DNA of 64,000 nucleotides from Nitrospirota bacterium (GTDB taxonomy: Bacteria; Nitrospirota; UBA9217): the NCBI GenBank assembly GCA_963737155.1, contig CAVTRN010000002.1, positions 1,408,001 through 1,472,000 of the forward strand, in the 5' to 3' direction. This document shows, in pieces, positions 51,667-62,278 of this stretch; positions within the stretch are counted from its first letter, which is position 1, and each line of letters starts with the position of its first letter. Made by a program: the position numbers and the translations under genes. Under the pieces are notes generated by a model. It was not told where the DNA came from. It worked only from the letters and a program-made list of their open reading frames with translations, and did not search any database.

Positions 51667-52524
51667 CTAAAACTTATAGGTAATCAAAACGCCTCGTTCT
51701 TTCCCCTCTATCAATGGCACAAAGCCCAGGGTGCTCTTGTGAGAATGGGAGGCAACAACCGCTTTACCCGTAAAATACGCTATTGCGGACCCTACAAAGA
51801 CATCGGATGCCCAATGAGCATTCTCATGGAGCCGTTCGAAGCCTATGAGTAGAGAGGCCCCGTACACCAAGGGGGGGACAATCATGTTATTATACTCTGT
51901 AGCAACAACGGTGGCTATTGAAAATGCCGAAGCGGCATCACCTGAGGGGAATGACTGGTAGTCCCCGTTGGTCGTAAATCCAGTCCACGTATCGTGCGGG
52001 TCCCCTGTATAGGGGCGAGCCCTTCCCGCTGCGTGTTTCAAAACTTCAACAAAAGCGCCAGTAATAACAAAGCTTTCAGCAGACAGTAGAAATGTTGTCT
52101 TGGCTTTATCATCTGAAGCAATGTACCCGTAGGCACCGAGACCAACCACGACAGGCACAGAGTAAGTGCCTATCTTCTTGGCATCGTCTGAAAGGTTCTG
52201 AGTTGTTGCGTTATCGTGTTTTCGAAACCATGTCTTAATCTGCTCATCTTGCGTGTACAATCCCACAGCGACACCCGTAACGATGGACGCCTCCAGCCAG
52301 TCAGACGGGTTCCACCGTGCTGGCGATGTTAAGATATTCATGGTATCTGTCAAATAGCCGGTGAAATAAGCCTTGTTTAGATCAACCGATGTCGTCCCCG
52401 AGGATGACAATTGGGCACTTTCCGCAGGAACTAGCGAATTGTCCGTGGCAAGAGCAGATGAAGTTGCGGTAAGAACCAGAAGAGCGACAATACCATATGT
52501 TCTCAAAAAATGAATGGACGACAT
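51667..52524 (-). CDS. PAP2-family phosphatase with signal peptide
   Basis: KHAAGRARP, SFPSGD, ERLHENAHWASDV. Confidence 0.85.
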   Translation of the reverse strand: MSSIHFLRTYGIVALLVLTATSSALATDNSLVPAESAQLSSSGTTSVDLNKAYFTGYLTDTMNILTSPARWNPSDWLEASIVTGVAVGLYTQDEQIKTWFRKHDNATTQNLSDDAKKIGTYSVPVVVGLGAYGYIASDDKAKTTFLLSAESFVITGAFVEVLKHAAGRARPYTGDPHDTWTGFTTNGDYQSFPSGDAASAFSIATVVATEYNNMIVPPLVYGASLLIGFERLHENAHWASDVFVGSAIAYFTGKAVVASHSHKSTLGFVPLIEGKERGVLITYKF

Positions 52525-52684
52525 TTACAAACTCCTAAATAATGGAATTTCAAATTAAGACGGCACAGTATAGCGATTATTAATAGGCAAATCAACCTCA
52601 ATATCACATTTGAGTAAAGTTTTCCATCGTGGATACTGTGATATACTAGTAAAAAATGAAGAAGTAGTAGTAGGGGGACTAATT

Positions 52685-52890
52685 ATGAAAAACATATTTA
52701 CCATAGCTTTATATTTAATCAGTGCAACGGCACATGCAGCTTCAGGTTATCACGTTATCATCAAACTCTCATTTGGGGGGTAGTTGGTTGGGATAATTTC
52801 ACCGTGGACAGTGCTGCCCATCGGCTGTAGAGCACCTATGTGGGTCATAGACACCGTAACTGATTGGCTGATTGGTGATATACCCAAGTA
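52685..52890 (+). pseudogene. Remnant of a YncE/YVTN beta-propeller gene (5' part)
   Basis: MKNIFTIALYLISATAHAASGYHVI..GG*..GWDNFTVDSAAHRL*..VIDT with stops and frameshifts. Confidence 0.55.
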
Positions 52891-53570
52891 GTCTCCCGAT
52901 TGTTCGGGAAGAGACTGCAGCAACAGCCCAGTGGTAATCGTCTGAAACCGTCGCTGTTCGGCATCTGCGTGCTTTTCCGGATGAGAAAGGGCGGAAAGTA
53001 TATTTTGTTAGAGAAGTGCAGCTATTTTGATTGCAAAGCTGCGGATCTTTTAGTGCAGTATTCGGGCACTGAAAAGGTAGACGTTCTCACCGCTCAACTC
53101 CCTAGCTAAGGTAAAGATATTAAAAGAGCGAAGGCTGCATAAGACCTGCTAGGCATGCGCTTAGTGCAAAATATGGGCTCAGTCAATGTTAAAGTTCCCA
53201 GGTGATTGAATGGCCTGCATCCATAGCTCAGATTTTGTTTACGGTCGCTAAATGGTAAAGTCTTAGACGCATTACATTCGGTATAAGCCACAAACCCTGC
53301 AGGATTACCTTCCGAGGATGGTCGCAATGATCCTTGTTTTTCTGAATCTTTTATTGACTGTTCCTCGTTTACATGGTAAGTTGCTTAGCTTGATATCCCT
53401 TGTGGCCTTACTGTCACCTCACTCACCTCATTTTAGAAGGTAGAGTAAGGTATTTTAGTTGATAAACTTAATTTAATAATTCGTCAGCTAGCTGCGGAGT
53501 ATTTATTAGTGATATTAGTACTTCGGCTATGTAATTATTGCGGCTGTATTAAAGCGAGGACTTACTCAAG

Positions 53571-54965
53571 ATGACCCGGAATATTGAAATGGCAAACAAA
53601 CAGATGCTGTTGCAAGAATCAAAGTGTTTATCACCATCCTATTTCACTATGCGGACTAAATCAGTTCCCACATCTTGGGAGTGGCTGCTGCGCTGTCTTA
53701 TTCTTGTCAGCCTCCTGGTTATTTTTTATGCAAGCATTACCGGCAGGGTCTTTCAGCCTTTGTTTAGGTCTGCCGGGAGTAGCCACTGGGCTTCGATGCT
53801 TATTAGGCCGAGCATATTGTGGTCGGCTATGGGCATGTTACTGCTGTGCTTCAGGACCCTGCTTTGGTTTCGCTATCGCCCTATTGATCCGGCGGATCCG
53901 AATGATGCACCATCGCTCACGGTGATTATTCCGGCTTTCAATGAAGGACCCATGGTGGAGAAATCAATCGACTCAGTTGTTGCTGCGAACTATCCCTCCG
54001 ACCGTCTGGAAATCATTGTTATTGACGATGGTAGCACGGATAATACCTGGAACTATATTAAAGCCGCTGCCGATCGTCACCCTCAGTTGGTAACGCCGAT
54101 TCGTTTGCCGAAAAATAAAGGCAAGCGTGCTGCCCTTGAAACGGGTTTTCGCAGGGCCCGCGGTGAGGTTGTCGTTACAATAGATTCGGACAGCGTAATC
54201 GAACCCCAGACGCTTCTCGCGGTGATGGGGCCTTTTCGGAACCCGTCAATCGGGGCTGTCGCGGGCAAGGTCCTTGTTTATAATCGTGATAAGGGGCTCA
54301 TTCCTCGCATGCTGCATGTTCGTTTTGTCCTCTCCTTTGATTTTTTGCGCGCCGCCCAGTCAACATACGGCACGGTGTATTGCTGTCCCGGGGCGCTGTC
54401 TGCGTACCGCGCCAGCGTCGTCAGGGAAGTGCTTGACGCATGGGTCAACCAGACCTTTCTCGGCGAACCTTGTACATATGGCGAGGACCGTTCCTTGACG
54501 AACTTCATCCTTTCCCGTGGATACGATACCGTCTATCAACGGACAGCCGTAGTACATACTATTGCTCCCCGCACGTATGCAAAACTTTCCAGGATGTATC
54601 TCCGCTGGGATCGGAGTTATGTCAAGGAGGAGTTTCGCTTTGCACGTATCCTTTGGAAACGTCCGCTATTTGCCCGTATGATTGCCTTCTTGGATATTCT
54701 GGTAACAAACCTTCGTTATCCTATCAGCTATATTACTCTTACGCTCTTTATCTTAATCTCCGCGCAAGATCCTCACGCGATTTTGCGATTGTTGTTTGCG
54801 ATCGGGTTCATATCATCCCTCCATGCGCTCTATTATCTACACAGCGAACGTTCCTGGGATTTCGTCTATGGGATATTTTACGCCTATTACTCTTTCTTTA
54901 CTCTGTTCTGGATTTTTCCGACCGCCGTTCTCACAATACGTTCCCGCTCGTGGATGACCCGCTAG
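53571..54965 (+). CDS. Processive GT2 glycosyltransferase, hyaluronan synthase/NodC-like
   Basis: DDGSTD, KGKR, DSDS, CCPGALSAYR, TYGEDRSLTN, MYLRWDRS, flanking TM helices. Confidence 0.85.
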   Translation: MTRNIEMANKQMLLQESKCLSPSYFTMRTKSVPTSWEWLLRCLILVSLLVIFYASITGRVFQPLFRSAGSSHWASMLIRPSILWSAMGMLLLCFRTLLWFRYRPIDPADPNDAPSLTVIIPAFNEGPMVEKSIDSVVAANYPSDRLEIIVIDDGSTDNTWNYIKAAADRHPQLVTPIRLPKNKGKRAALETGFRRARGEVVVTIDSDSVIEPQTLLAVMGPFRNPSIGAVAGKVLVYNRDKGLIPRMLHVRFVLSFDFLRAAQSTYGTVYCCPGALSAYRASVVREVLDAWVNQTFLGEPCTYGEDRSLTNFILSRGYDTVYQRTAVVHTIAPRTYAKLSRMYLRWDRSYVKEEFRFARILWKRPLFARMIAFLDILVTNLRYPISYITLTLFILISAQDPHAILRLLFAIGFISSLHALYYLHSERSWDFVYGIFYAYYSFFTLFWIFPTAVLTIRSRSWMTR

Positions 54966-55092
54966 CTTTCCCGCCAGCATTTATCACCTTATATGGGAAG
55001 GGAGATTAGACTTGTATCCCATGAGGAAGATAACCAACAGGACCACTGTTGTCGGAGTGACTGGTCTCGAATGTGTAGGCGCGACGTCACTA

Positions 55093-55315
55093 TGGTATTC
55101 TCCTGCAAAAATCTTTCACCGAAAAGCGGTGAGTTCTGGTAAAATAAATCGCTGGAAGGATGATTTAACCATGAAGAATACGTAGTGTACGGAGGAACAG
55201 ATTGCCTTTCGCTTTGAAACAGGAAGAGGACAGGAACGTTTCTCCTGAACAGTATTTGGAAGATGGGGATTTCGTAGCAGACCCTTTGTCGCAGTTAAGA
55301 CGTATAGTGGTCTCA
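55093..55315 (+). mobile_element. IS3-family left-end/orfA relic
   Basis: From 55171: MKNT*CTEEQIAF..LKQ..KMGIS*QT...YSGL, matching an IS3 OrfA HTH; TG-initiated end upstream. Confidence 0.65.
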
Positions 55316-55608
55316 CTCAGATTATCAGGACTTTACAACTAAGGCTAGGAAGCGGTCTCAAATGGATTGCTACCAATCTATCATACCACAAAACAAAATG
55401 GGTTTATGACTAAAGTCTCATAAAAGTATGGCTTCGTTTATGATATTGTTGGATCTAATATGCTGATAAATTGAGAAATAAGAGAGCTTGCTAATTTTAG
55501 TCATTTTTTTTTGGTTTGCAAAACTTTATCATTTGTTTAGTTTTTTCCTCTGCGCTTTTCCATTATGCCAGTCCTGTAATCTGACTTGGATTAACGATTT
55601 TACCCCCC

Positions 55609-56399
55609 GTTGCCTCATAATAAATTGTGCCCGGAAGATACCTAGTACTTTGGTATTAAGTGTTTGAAGATCCTTTTCAGTTTCTGTCCTTCATGGTGTT
55701 TCTGAGGTCAAAAGAGCTCAAGGTTTTGTAAGACCCCTTGAGGGAATGCTTGTTTTCTTCAGAGATCTGGGGGGACTCCAGAACCATTTGCTAAGGTGTT
55801 TTGGGTTTATCATAGCGCTTCACCGTCTTCGTCCTTGAAGCAACCCGTTTCTTCTCGATCAGCTTCGCCGAGGGACAGAAGAGGTTAAAGACTAACCGCC
55901 ATCCGGAGTTGGAGAGGTCATCCATAAGAGGGGGAAAGCCCGGACGGTCCAAACGGTCATAACTAATCCATTGACGCACATGGATCCAGTTATTCTGTTC
56001 CACATGGGCATTATTGTCCTCATGGTAGGCCCGGCTTCTCGTGAGCTGAATCGTCTGGGTTCTGCTCTTAGTCAGATTGTGAAACAAGTGATAGATCATA
56101 GCTTGGCTTTTTGCCGCGTTTTGCCGAAGTTTTTTGCGTAAACCGCCAGTCGATCCGGAGTTAGCCGGAGCGCTTTCTTGTGGTGACAGCCGTAGGTGGA
56201 ACGGAATTCATTCATGATCGCTTTTTTTATCTACCGGGAGGCAGTCCGGTAGCGCTTGACGACGGCTGCCAAATCTTCCCGTTTTAATCGCAGGCGCAAA
56301 AGAATGTATCCTCCTTGTGGGGTATTGTTCCAGTAACATGAATCACGAGTCAACGATCTATTTCAAAATTCACTTGGGTAACATTTATTGTGTATCAAT
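55609..56399 (-). mobile_element. Internally deleted ISNCY-like DDE transposon relic
   Basis: C-terminal piece TRSRAYHEDNNAHVEQNNW.HVRQW..YDR..LFCPS..YDKPKTP abuts N-terminal piece KRYR.ASR*..MNEF..YG.H.K.A.R; imperfect IRs at 55609-55632 and 56376-56399. Confidence 0.7.
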
Positions 56400-56602
56400 T
56401 CGCCCAGAGACACGCGACATTTTTTAGGTAGCAAATTGAACTTAATTATGATATATTATTCCCTGTGAAATGGGGGTATTGTAAGTCGGTGCCCTTCCCC
56501 TATACCATCTTTCAGATAAAAAGTGCTGTGCGATATCGCAAGATTCGAACAGGTTTGGCTGCTGTGAATTATCCGCAATTCACACAAACGCATCCTTCCT
56601 TT

Positions 56603-57340
56603 ATGATGAAAAAATTACTTTCCCTAATGATTCTGGTTGTGATTGCTGGGTGTTCTGCAAAAAAAGAACCTCCTTATGATCCTGTCGTTTGGTTTAAAGA
56701 CGGGAACACATTCATGCAGGAAAAAAATTACGAGAAGGCTCGCAAAGAATATCAAGAGATCGAAGCGAAATCGCCGGACAAAAGCTATGATGCCGGCTTG
56801 ATGCTCCGAGTTGCCGATACCTACTATGGCGAAGAGCGGTACAGTGAGGCGCTTGTCGAATACCAGGCTTTCCTGAATTACCACCCCGTACACAAGGATG
56901 CCGCGTACGCTCAGTATCAGATCGCCATATGCAACTATAACGACCTTAAGAAGACCTTTGACCGTGATCCGGCACCGGCCTATGCTACCATCAGGGAAAT
57001 GAAAAAACTTCTTGAAAAGTATCCAAAGAGCGGATATAGGGAGCTTGCGGAAAAGTATATTGCGATCTGTACAGATTGGATAGCGGATTACGAGTTATAT
57101 GTAGCGAAGTTTTATTACAAGAAGGAATCATACAAAGCCGCCATCGGCAGGTGCGAAAAACTTATCAGTGAACACGCCGGGTCCTCAGCGGAAAAAGACG
57201 CGCTTTATTATGCAGGCATGTCCTACCAGAAACTGGGCGAGAAGGATCAGGCGCGCGCCATGTTCGAGACGCTCGCGGAAAAGTACCCTGCCATGAAGAA
57301 AACTGCGTTTGCTCACCTTGCGAAGCTCAAGACGTTATGA
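56603..57340 (+). CDS. bamD: Outer membrane assembly lipoprotein BamD
   Basis: Lipobox IAGC, TPR repeats, F..YHP, DRD, YP.S.Y, ELYVAKFYYK..YKAAIGR. Confidence 0.88.
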   Translation: MMKKLLSLMILVVIAGCSAKKEPPYDPVVWFKDGNTFMQEKNYEKARKEYQEIEAKSPDKSYDAGLMLRVADTYYGEERYSEALVEYQAFLNYHPVHKDAAYAQYQIAICNYNDLKKTFDRDPAPAYATIREMKKLLEKYPKSGYRELAEKYIAICTDWIADYELYVAKFYYKKESYKAAIGRCEKLISEHAGSSAEKDALYYAGMSYQKLGEKDQARAMFETLAEKYPAMKKTAFAHLAKLKTL

Positions 57341-57981
57341 AATTCTATCCCGCATATCTGGATCTTCGCGGACGATCGTGCCTGATCATCGGAGGTGGGT
57401 CTGTGGCCGAGCGGAAGGCTCTTTCCCTGCTTGAAGCGGGAGCCGACATAACCATCATAAGCCCTCTTCTTTCTCCCAAACTGACAGAACTTTCAGCATC
57501 GGGCAAAATATCCCATCGAAAAAAAAAATTCGAAGAAGAAGACCTTTTCGGTGCGTTCCTAGTCATTGCGGCTGCGGGTTTCCGTGAAGTAAACATCACC
57601 GTGGCTCGGGCCTGTAAGGAGCGTCACATGCTCGTGAATGTCGCCGTTCCACCTGAAGAGAGCACCTTTATCGTACCCTCGGTGGTGGAGCGTGGTGATC
57701 TCTTAATTGCCATTTCCACGAGCGGCGCTAGCCCTGGGTTGTCGAAAAAAGTAAGGCAGGAACTTGAAAAAATTTACGGCCCAGAGTACGGACTGTTTCT
57801 TGACAAACTTGCGGTAATTCGCAGGCGGGTCCTGAACGAGGTGGTGAACGAGCAGGAGCGGCACCAGATATTTCAGGCTATTCTTGATTCAGATGCTATT
57901 GAGCTGTTTCGGCAGGGAAAGAACCGTCAGGCTGAGGTTAGGATGATTGAAATGGCTGGACTTCACCAGTATCATAAGTAA
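57337..57981 (+). CDS. Precorrin-2 dehydrogenase/sirohydrochlorin ferrochelatase (CysG N-terminal, Met8/SirC type)
   Basis: YPAYLDL, IGGGSVAERK, FIVPSVVERGDL.IAISTSGASP. Confidence 0.9.
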   Translation: MKFYPAYLDLRGRSCLIIGGGSVAERKALSLLEAGADITIISPLLSPKLTELSASGKISHRKKKFEEEDLFGAFLVIAAAGFREVNITVARACKERHMLVNVAVPPEESTFIVPSVVERGDLLIAISTSGASPGLSKKVRQELEKIYGPEYGLFLDKLAVIRRRVLNEVVNEQERHQIFQAILDSDAIELFRQGKNRQAEVRMIEMAGLHQYHK

Positions 57982-58372
57982 TAAGGCTTATTTAGCATGC
58001 CAGCATGTTTAATGATTTTGCTCTGCGGAGAGATGAAAAACCGTTTCGATAATACATGTTGTATGTTTATCTTAATGCAGTAAATTCGAATAGAAGCTTA
58101 TCCGAGCTATAATGAAGTAATATTGAGATACTTTTCATTTCCTCTCCCATTTTCGCAGTTTCTGTTTTATAATCAGCCGATATTAAAAATAAAATACGAA
58201 TAATTACTCTGAAATCCAATCGGGAAGTCTTTGAGATGACCGTTGCGATATTGTGCAAGCGAATATTCATGTAATAGCTGTCAATTAGCCTTTGTATCAT
58301 ATTTCTAAAAATCAACCAATCTGACGAAAAAAAATGGTCGCAGACCGACGAAATCTCATTTTTATCTCAACT

Positions 58373-58831
58373 TTAATCTACTGCTTGGATCATAGTTCGG
58401 TCAATCCAGGATTCCAGTTCATTGTTCCTAACCGGCGCACCGTCAAATCGGGCAAGTTGCCGGCCGTTCCGGTACAGGATAAAGGTTGGCGTGGCTTTTA
58501 TTGTGAACCGCCGGGCAAGGACGGGCTCAGAATCCACATCGATCCTGACGATTTTGAGTCGGCCGGCCCGTTTTGCCGCGAGCTCGTTGATGAACGGTTC
58601 AATGGCGCGACAGTAGCCGCACCATTTTGCCCAAAACTCAGCCAATACGATTTCAGGCCAAACATTGACCTGGGTATCATAGCTTAAGGTAGTCACATTG
58701 ATGGGAGCATGGGGAAATTCGAGCGGCGTCCTGCATTGACCGCAAACTGGATGGCTTACGAGCTTTTCATCGGGAACGCGGTTCAGCGTTCTACATACCC
58801 TGCAGCGAAGTATTATGGGATTGTTGGACAA
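58373..58831 (-). CDS. trxC: Thioredoxin with N-terminal Zn finger (TrxC type)
   Basis: CRVC..NRVP..CGQC, FWAKWCGYC, TPT. Confidence 0.85.
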   Translation of the reverse strand: MSNNPIILRCRVCRTLNRVPDEKLVSHPVCGQCRTPLEFPHAPINVTTLSYDTQVNVWPEIVLAEFWAKWCGYCRAIEPFINELAAKRAGRLKIVRIDVDSEPVLARRFTIKATPTFILYRNGRQLARFDGAPVRNNELESWIDRTMIQAVD

Positions 58832-58920
58832 TTTATTTCCCCAAACAAAGAAGAATATTCGGTCAACCCGATCAAGTATAGCATAGATGGCCAGAAAAAT
58901 AAAACTGCCTACTTTCGTTC

Positions 58921-59295
58921 AAAGTCGGAAGCGGTACCCTAAGCGGTAACTATTCCTTCGGGTCGCGATTCGAGCAAGAAGCGGGAACAAACCCCGAAGA
59001 GTTGATCGGCGCGGCGCATGCAGGTTGTTTCAATATGGCTCTCACGATGATATTGGAACAATCGGGATATAACGTGGAGCACATTCACACCATTGCGAAA
59101 GTGAGCATCGACAAACTTGGCGGAGGGTATAAAATCGCGAATATCGAACTCGATACTGAAGGCAAGGTGCCGGGCTGTGATGAAAAGACGTTTATGGAAA
59201 AAGCTGAACTTGCAAAGAAGAACTGTCCCGTATCCATGGCATTGACAGGAGTTGTGATCGCGTTGCGGTCTCGGCTCATGAAAGCGGCCGCGTGA
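58921..59295 (+). pseudogene. osmC: 5'-truncated OsmC peroxiredoxin
   Basis: YSFGSRFE..GTNPEELIGAAHAGCF..AKKNCPVSMAL; in-frame TAA at 58900 and no start codon covering the conserved upstream residues. Confidence 0.75.
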
Positions 59296-59459
59296 CCCGA
59301 CAGGGACTCTGGATCCTTCCATAAATGCGTCCCGATAATGTTTTTCGAGACGCATTATTATTAAACACGAGAGGGTTCGCGGCGTCAGTTAATGAGTATT
59401 ATGGTGCATCGTTTCATCGTAAAAAAGAAACAATGTCGCCTTGTGGAAAGGGAAATGCC

Positions 59460-60685
59460 CTATAAGAGAGGCAGTCTCAACTTCATGCGTTTGATAATAT
59501 CGAAGGGGGAGAGATTGAAGGGCATTTTCAAGAGCAGCGGTCTATTGAGGCATGACATAAGGTAGTTGCGCTCCACGGCTTTTTTCAGGACAACCACCCA
59601 GGCTCCGGTCCGGAACCGATCCTCCCGGGCATAAATGCCGATTTCCCTGCCGATCGAAATCATCTGAGGTCTTGTTCGAGGCTGGTAAGTGATCAAGTCC
59701 TTGCCGTGGGAATGATAGGCAATGTTTAAGCCTGCAACGAATGCCTGATCCTGGGCATGGTAAGCAAGACGCTGGAGTGCAATCGGCCCTCTATCGTCAT
59801 GGATGCTCACTGCATCGCCGATGCCGAGATCCGCTCGTCAGCAGGCGAAGTAAGTCGGCCTGTCACGATTAGCCAGCCGGCTTCTTCCCGGGGAAGCGGT
59901 AGGTCCTCGATCAGGTGTGATGGTTTAATACCGCCGGTCCAAATGAGCATGGTAAAGGGAAGCTTAACGTTGGATCCGAGCATGAGCCACGTTTCCCGGA
60001 CGGTAGTGATGGATTGGCCGGTAATGATTTTGACCCCACGCTTCCGCAAGTAGTCACCGGCAAATTCGCTGGTTTCCCGTGAGAATCCTGGCAGTATCCT
60101 GGTCTCACGTTCGACGATGGTAACGGTTATCCTTTCCTGGGCAAGACCGTCCCTATATCCGTTGTCATGAATGAGATCCAGAATTTCTCCAGCCATCTCA
60201 ACACCTTCAGTTCCACCGCCTGCCAGTAGAAGGTGAATTGCTCTTTGATGTTCGGACAGAATGCGTTGGAGTGCGGCATAGATTCGTTCAGCGTTGCCGG
60301 GGGAGCGGAAACAATATGAATATTCCTCCGCGCCGGGGACATTAAAGAAATTATTTCTTGCTCCTGTTGCAAGAACCAGGTAATCGTAAGCCAAGACTCC
60401 GTCTCCGGTAACGACATGACGTCGGATCGGGTCTATTTCCCGCACAGAGTCCTGCTGAAAATTGATTCCTGCAGGAGACAGCACAGTTGCAAAGGGAATC
60501 TGGATGTCCCGCGCCGGAATCTTGCCAGAGCTGACTTCATGAAGGGAAGGGATGAAAGAGTGGGATGGATTCCGGTCGATCAATGTTATCCGTGCTGTGT
60601 CGCCGAACCGGCCCCGAAGCGTAAAAGCCGCCTCCATTCCGCCGAAACCGCCGCCTATGATAATAATCTTAACAGTCATTTTCAC
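59460..60685 (-). pseudogene. NDH-2-like FAD-dependent oxidoreductase with a 1-nt frameshift at ~59827
   Basis: IGGGFGG, YDYLVLATG, GGGTEGVEMAGE, IWTGG; I-(F)-GIGDA motif split between ORFs 59807..60685 and 59460..59810. Confidence 0.8.
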
Positions 60686-60808
60686 TCTTCAATTACTGTA
60701 GTATTGTAGCAAATTGCCGCGTTCATGATGAGCTTGTGCACGGGAGAATGCACATAAAAACTAAATTAGATGACGAGGATGATAGCAGCGTCATGGTTTA
60801 GATAAGAA

Positions 60809-62278
60809 CTATCCACCCACATTTTTCATGGCTTGTCTGAGTTCATCGGAATCCGGATGACGTTGAAGAGCATCCTGAAATAGGCTAAGAGCTTGCTTTT
60901 TCAAGCCGTTTCTCGAATAGAGATTTCCAAGTTCGAGATAGTACTCAATTTTTGAAGGAGCCATTTTTATAGCTTTCTGGAATAGTTTCTCGGCGTCATG
61001 GAGCCGGCGGGGCATATGCGTGAGTGCAAGACCATGATGGAACAGGTACTGCGCATTGGATGGGTCAAGGAGTACGGCCCAACGGAATGATTCCTCCGCC
61101 CCCCAAAAGTTTTGTCCCCGGTAGTGTTTCAGTCCTTCATTAAATTGTGACATGGCTGATCCTTTTTTAATGTTATCCTGCTGGTTCTTAGCCAGCGCGG
61201 TTGGCCAGCGTTTTTTGATCCTCTTAGCCAGCGAAAGGTCATATGCTTTCCGTTTATCATCCGCATTCAGGACATTGTAGGCTTCCGCGATTGTTGTGAA
61301 AATGGCCGCGAGCTGTTCTCTCATATCAGACAGCTCACTGTCCATGTGCCGGTCGGGATGGTACCTCATCGCGAGATGAAAATAAGCCTTTTTAATTTCC
61401 TGCAATGTTGCGTTGCGACCGACATCGAGAATCTGATAGTAATCCAGGTCAGCCATTTTCCCCATAGTTTGGCGAAGGAGCTCTCTTGTGACCTTTACCG
61501 TGGGTTCCTCTTTTTCTCGGCCGGCAGGAGCGGATCGATTGCGTTCTTGCGTTGTAGGCTCCGATTTAAGGCCAAGCAATTCGACGAGCCGTAGGGCATT
61601 TAATGCATATATCGCTTTGAGAGTGTTGAAATCGCCAATTTCTGATAAGGCGCAGATCTCTTCGATACTTCTGCTGCCGTCAATGAAGGAGAAAATTGTT
61701 TGCTGGTCTTGATCGAGTACAATGCCGTGGAGAAGAGAAGATGAATCCTTTTGTGCGCGGAGTACCATTTTGAGGGGCGGAAGGGACTTACGCACGAATC
61801 TCCAGTCAAGGTGGCGGATGCCCTCCAACAGCAGGTTGCCTGTGTCTATCTGGAGCGGAACAATTTCCGCGAGAAGCATGGGAGCGTTGTCAAACGTATA
61901 GCGGCCATCGCTCCACGAAAACAGACTTAATATAATTTGCGTGACCTGTAGTTTGGCCCCCTCTATGAGGTCCTTGGGCGTGATGAGACCTCGTTCTAAG
62001 AGCACAGCGCTGAGTTGCTTCCCGGTCTGTTTGGCAGCCTCTTCGGAGGCGGTACGCATTTCTTCCGTAAGTTTTCCACTCCGAAGCAGTGATGTGCCCA
62101 ACTGTTCCGCATCAAGATTTGAGGAGGCATAGATAATATCGCCGTTCCTGAAAAAAACTTTTTTGGTTTCCTTTTCACGAGATAGGACCACAATACCGGT
62201 CTTTTTTTGAGTTCTAAGGTCTTGGAGAAGCCAAGGGACAACCATGTTCTTGATATCGCCGGACATTACGTTCATCAT
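60809..62278 (-). CDS. DUF4388-like / J-domain / TPR protein
   Basis: KKVFFRNGDIIYASS, LFSWSDGRYTF; DYYQILDV..EIKKAY..RYHPDR; C-terminal TPRs. Confidence 0.85.
   Translation of the reverse strand: MMNVMSGDIKNMVVPWLLQDLRTQKKTGIVVLSREKETKKVFFRNGDIIYASSNLDAEQLGTSLLRSGKLTEEMRTASEEAAKQTGKQLSAVLLERGLITPKDLIEGAKLQVTQIILSLFSWSDGRYTFDNAPMLLAEIVPLQIDTGNLLLEGIRHLDWRFVRKSLPPLKMVLRAQKDSSSLLHGIVLDQDQQTIFSFIDGSRSIEEICALSEIGDFNTLKAIYALNALRLVELLGLKSEPTTQERNRSAPAGREKEEPTVKVTRELLRQTMGKMADLDYYQILDVGRNATLQEIKKAYFHLAMRYHPDRHMDSELSDMREQLAAIFTTIAEAYNVLNADDKRKAYDLSLAKRIKKRWPTALAKNQQDNIKKGSAMSQFNEGLKHYRGQNFWGAEESFRWAVLLDPSNAQYLFHHGLALTHMPRRLHDAEKLFQKAIKMAPSKIEYYLELGNLYSRNGLKKQALSLFQDALQRHPDSDELRQAMKNVGG

Noticed and set aside
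52900-53350. Short ORFs between the YncE relic and GT2
   Set aside because: Could not be assigned to any family; multiple stops
50369-56400. Active integrative element or prophage at tRNA-Leu
   Set aside because: No integrase and no attR copy of the tRNA 3' end seen
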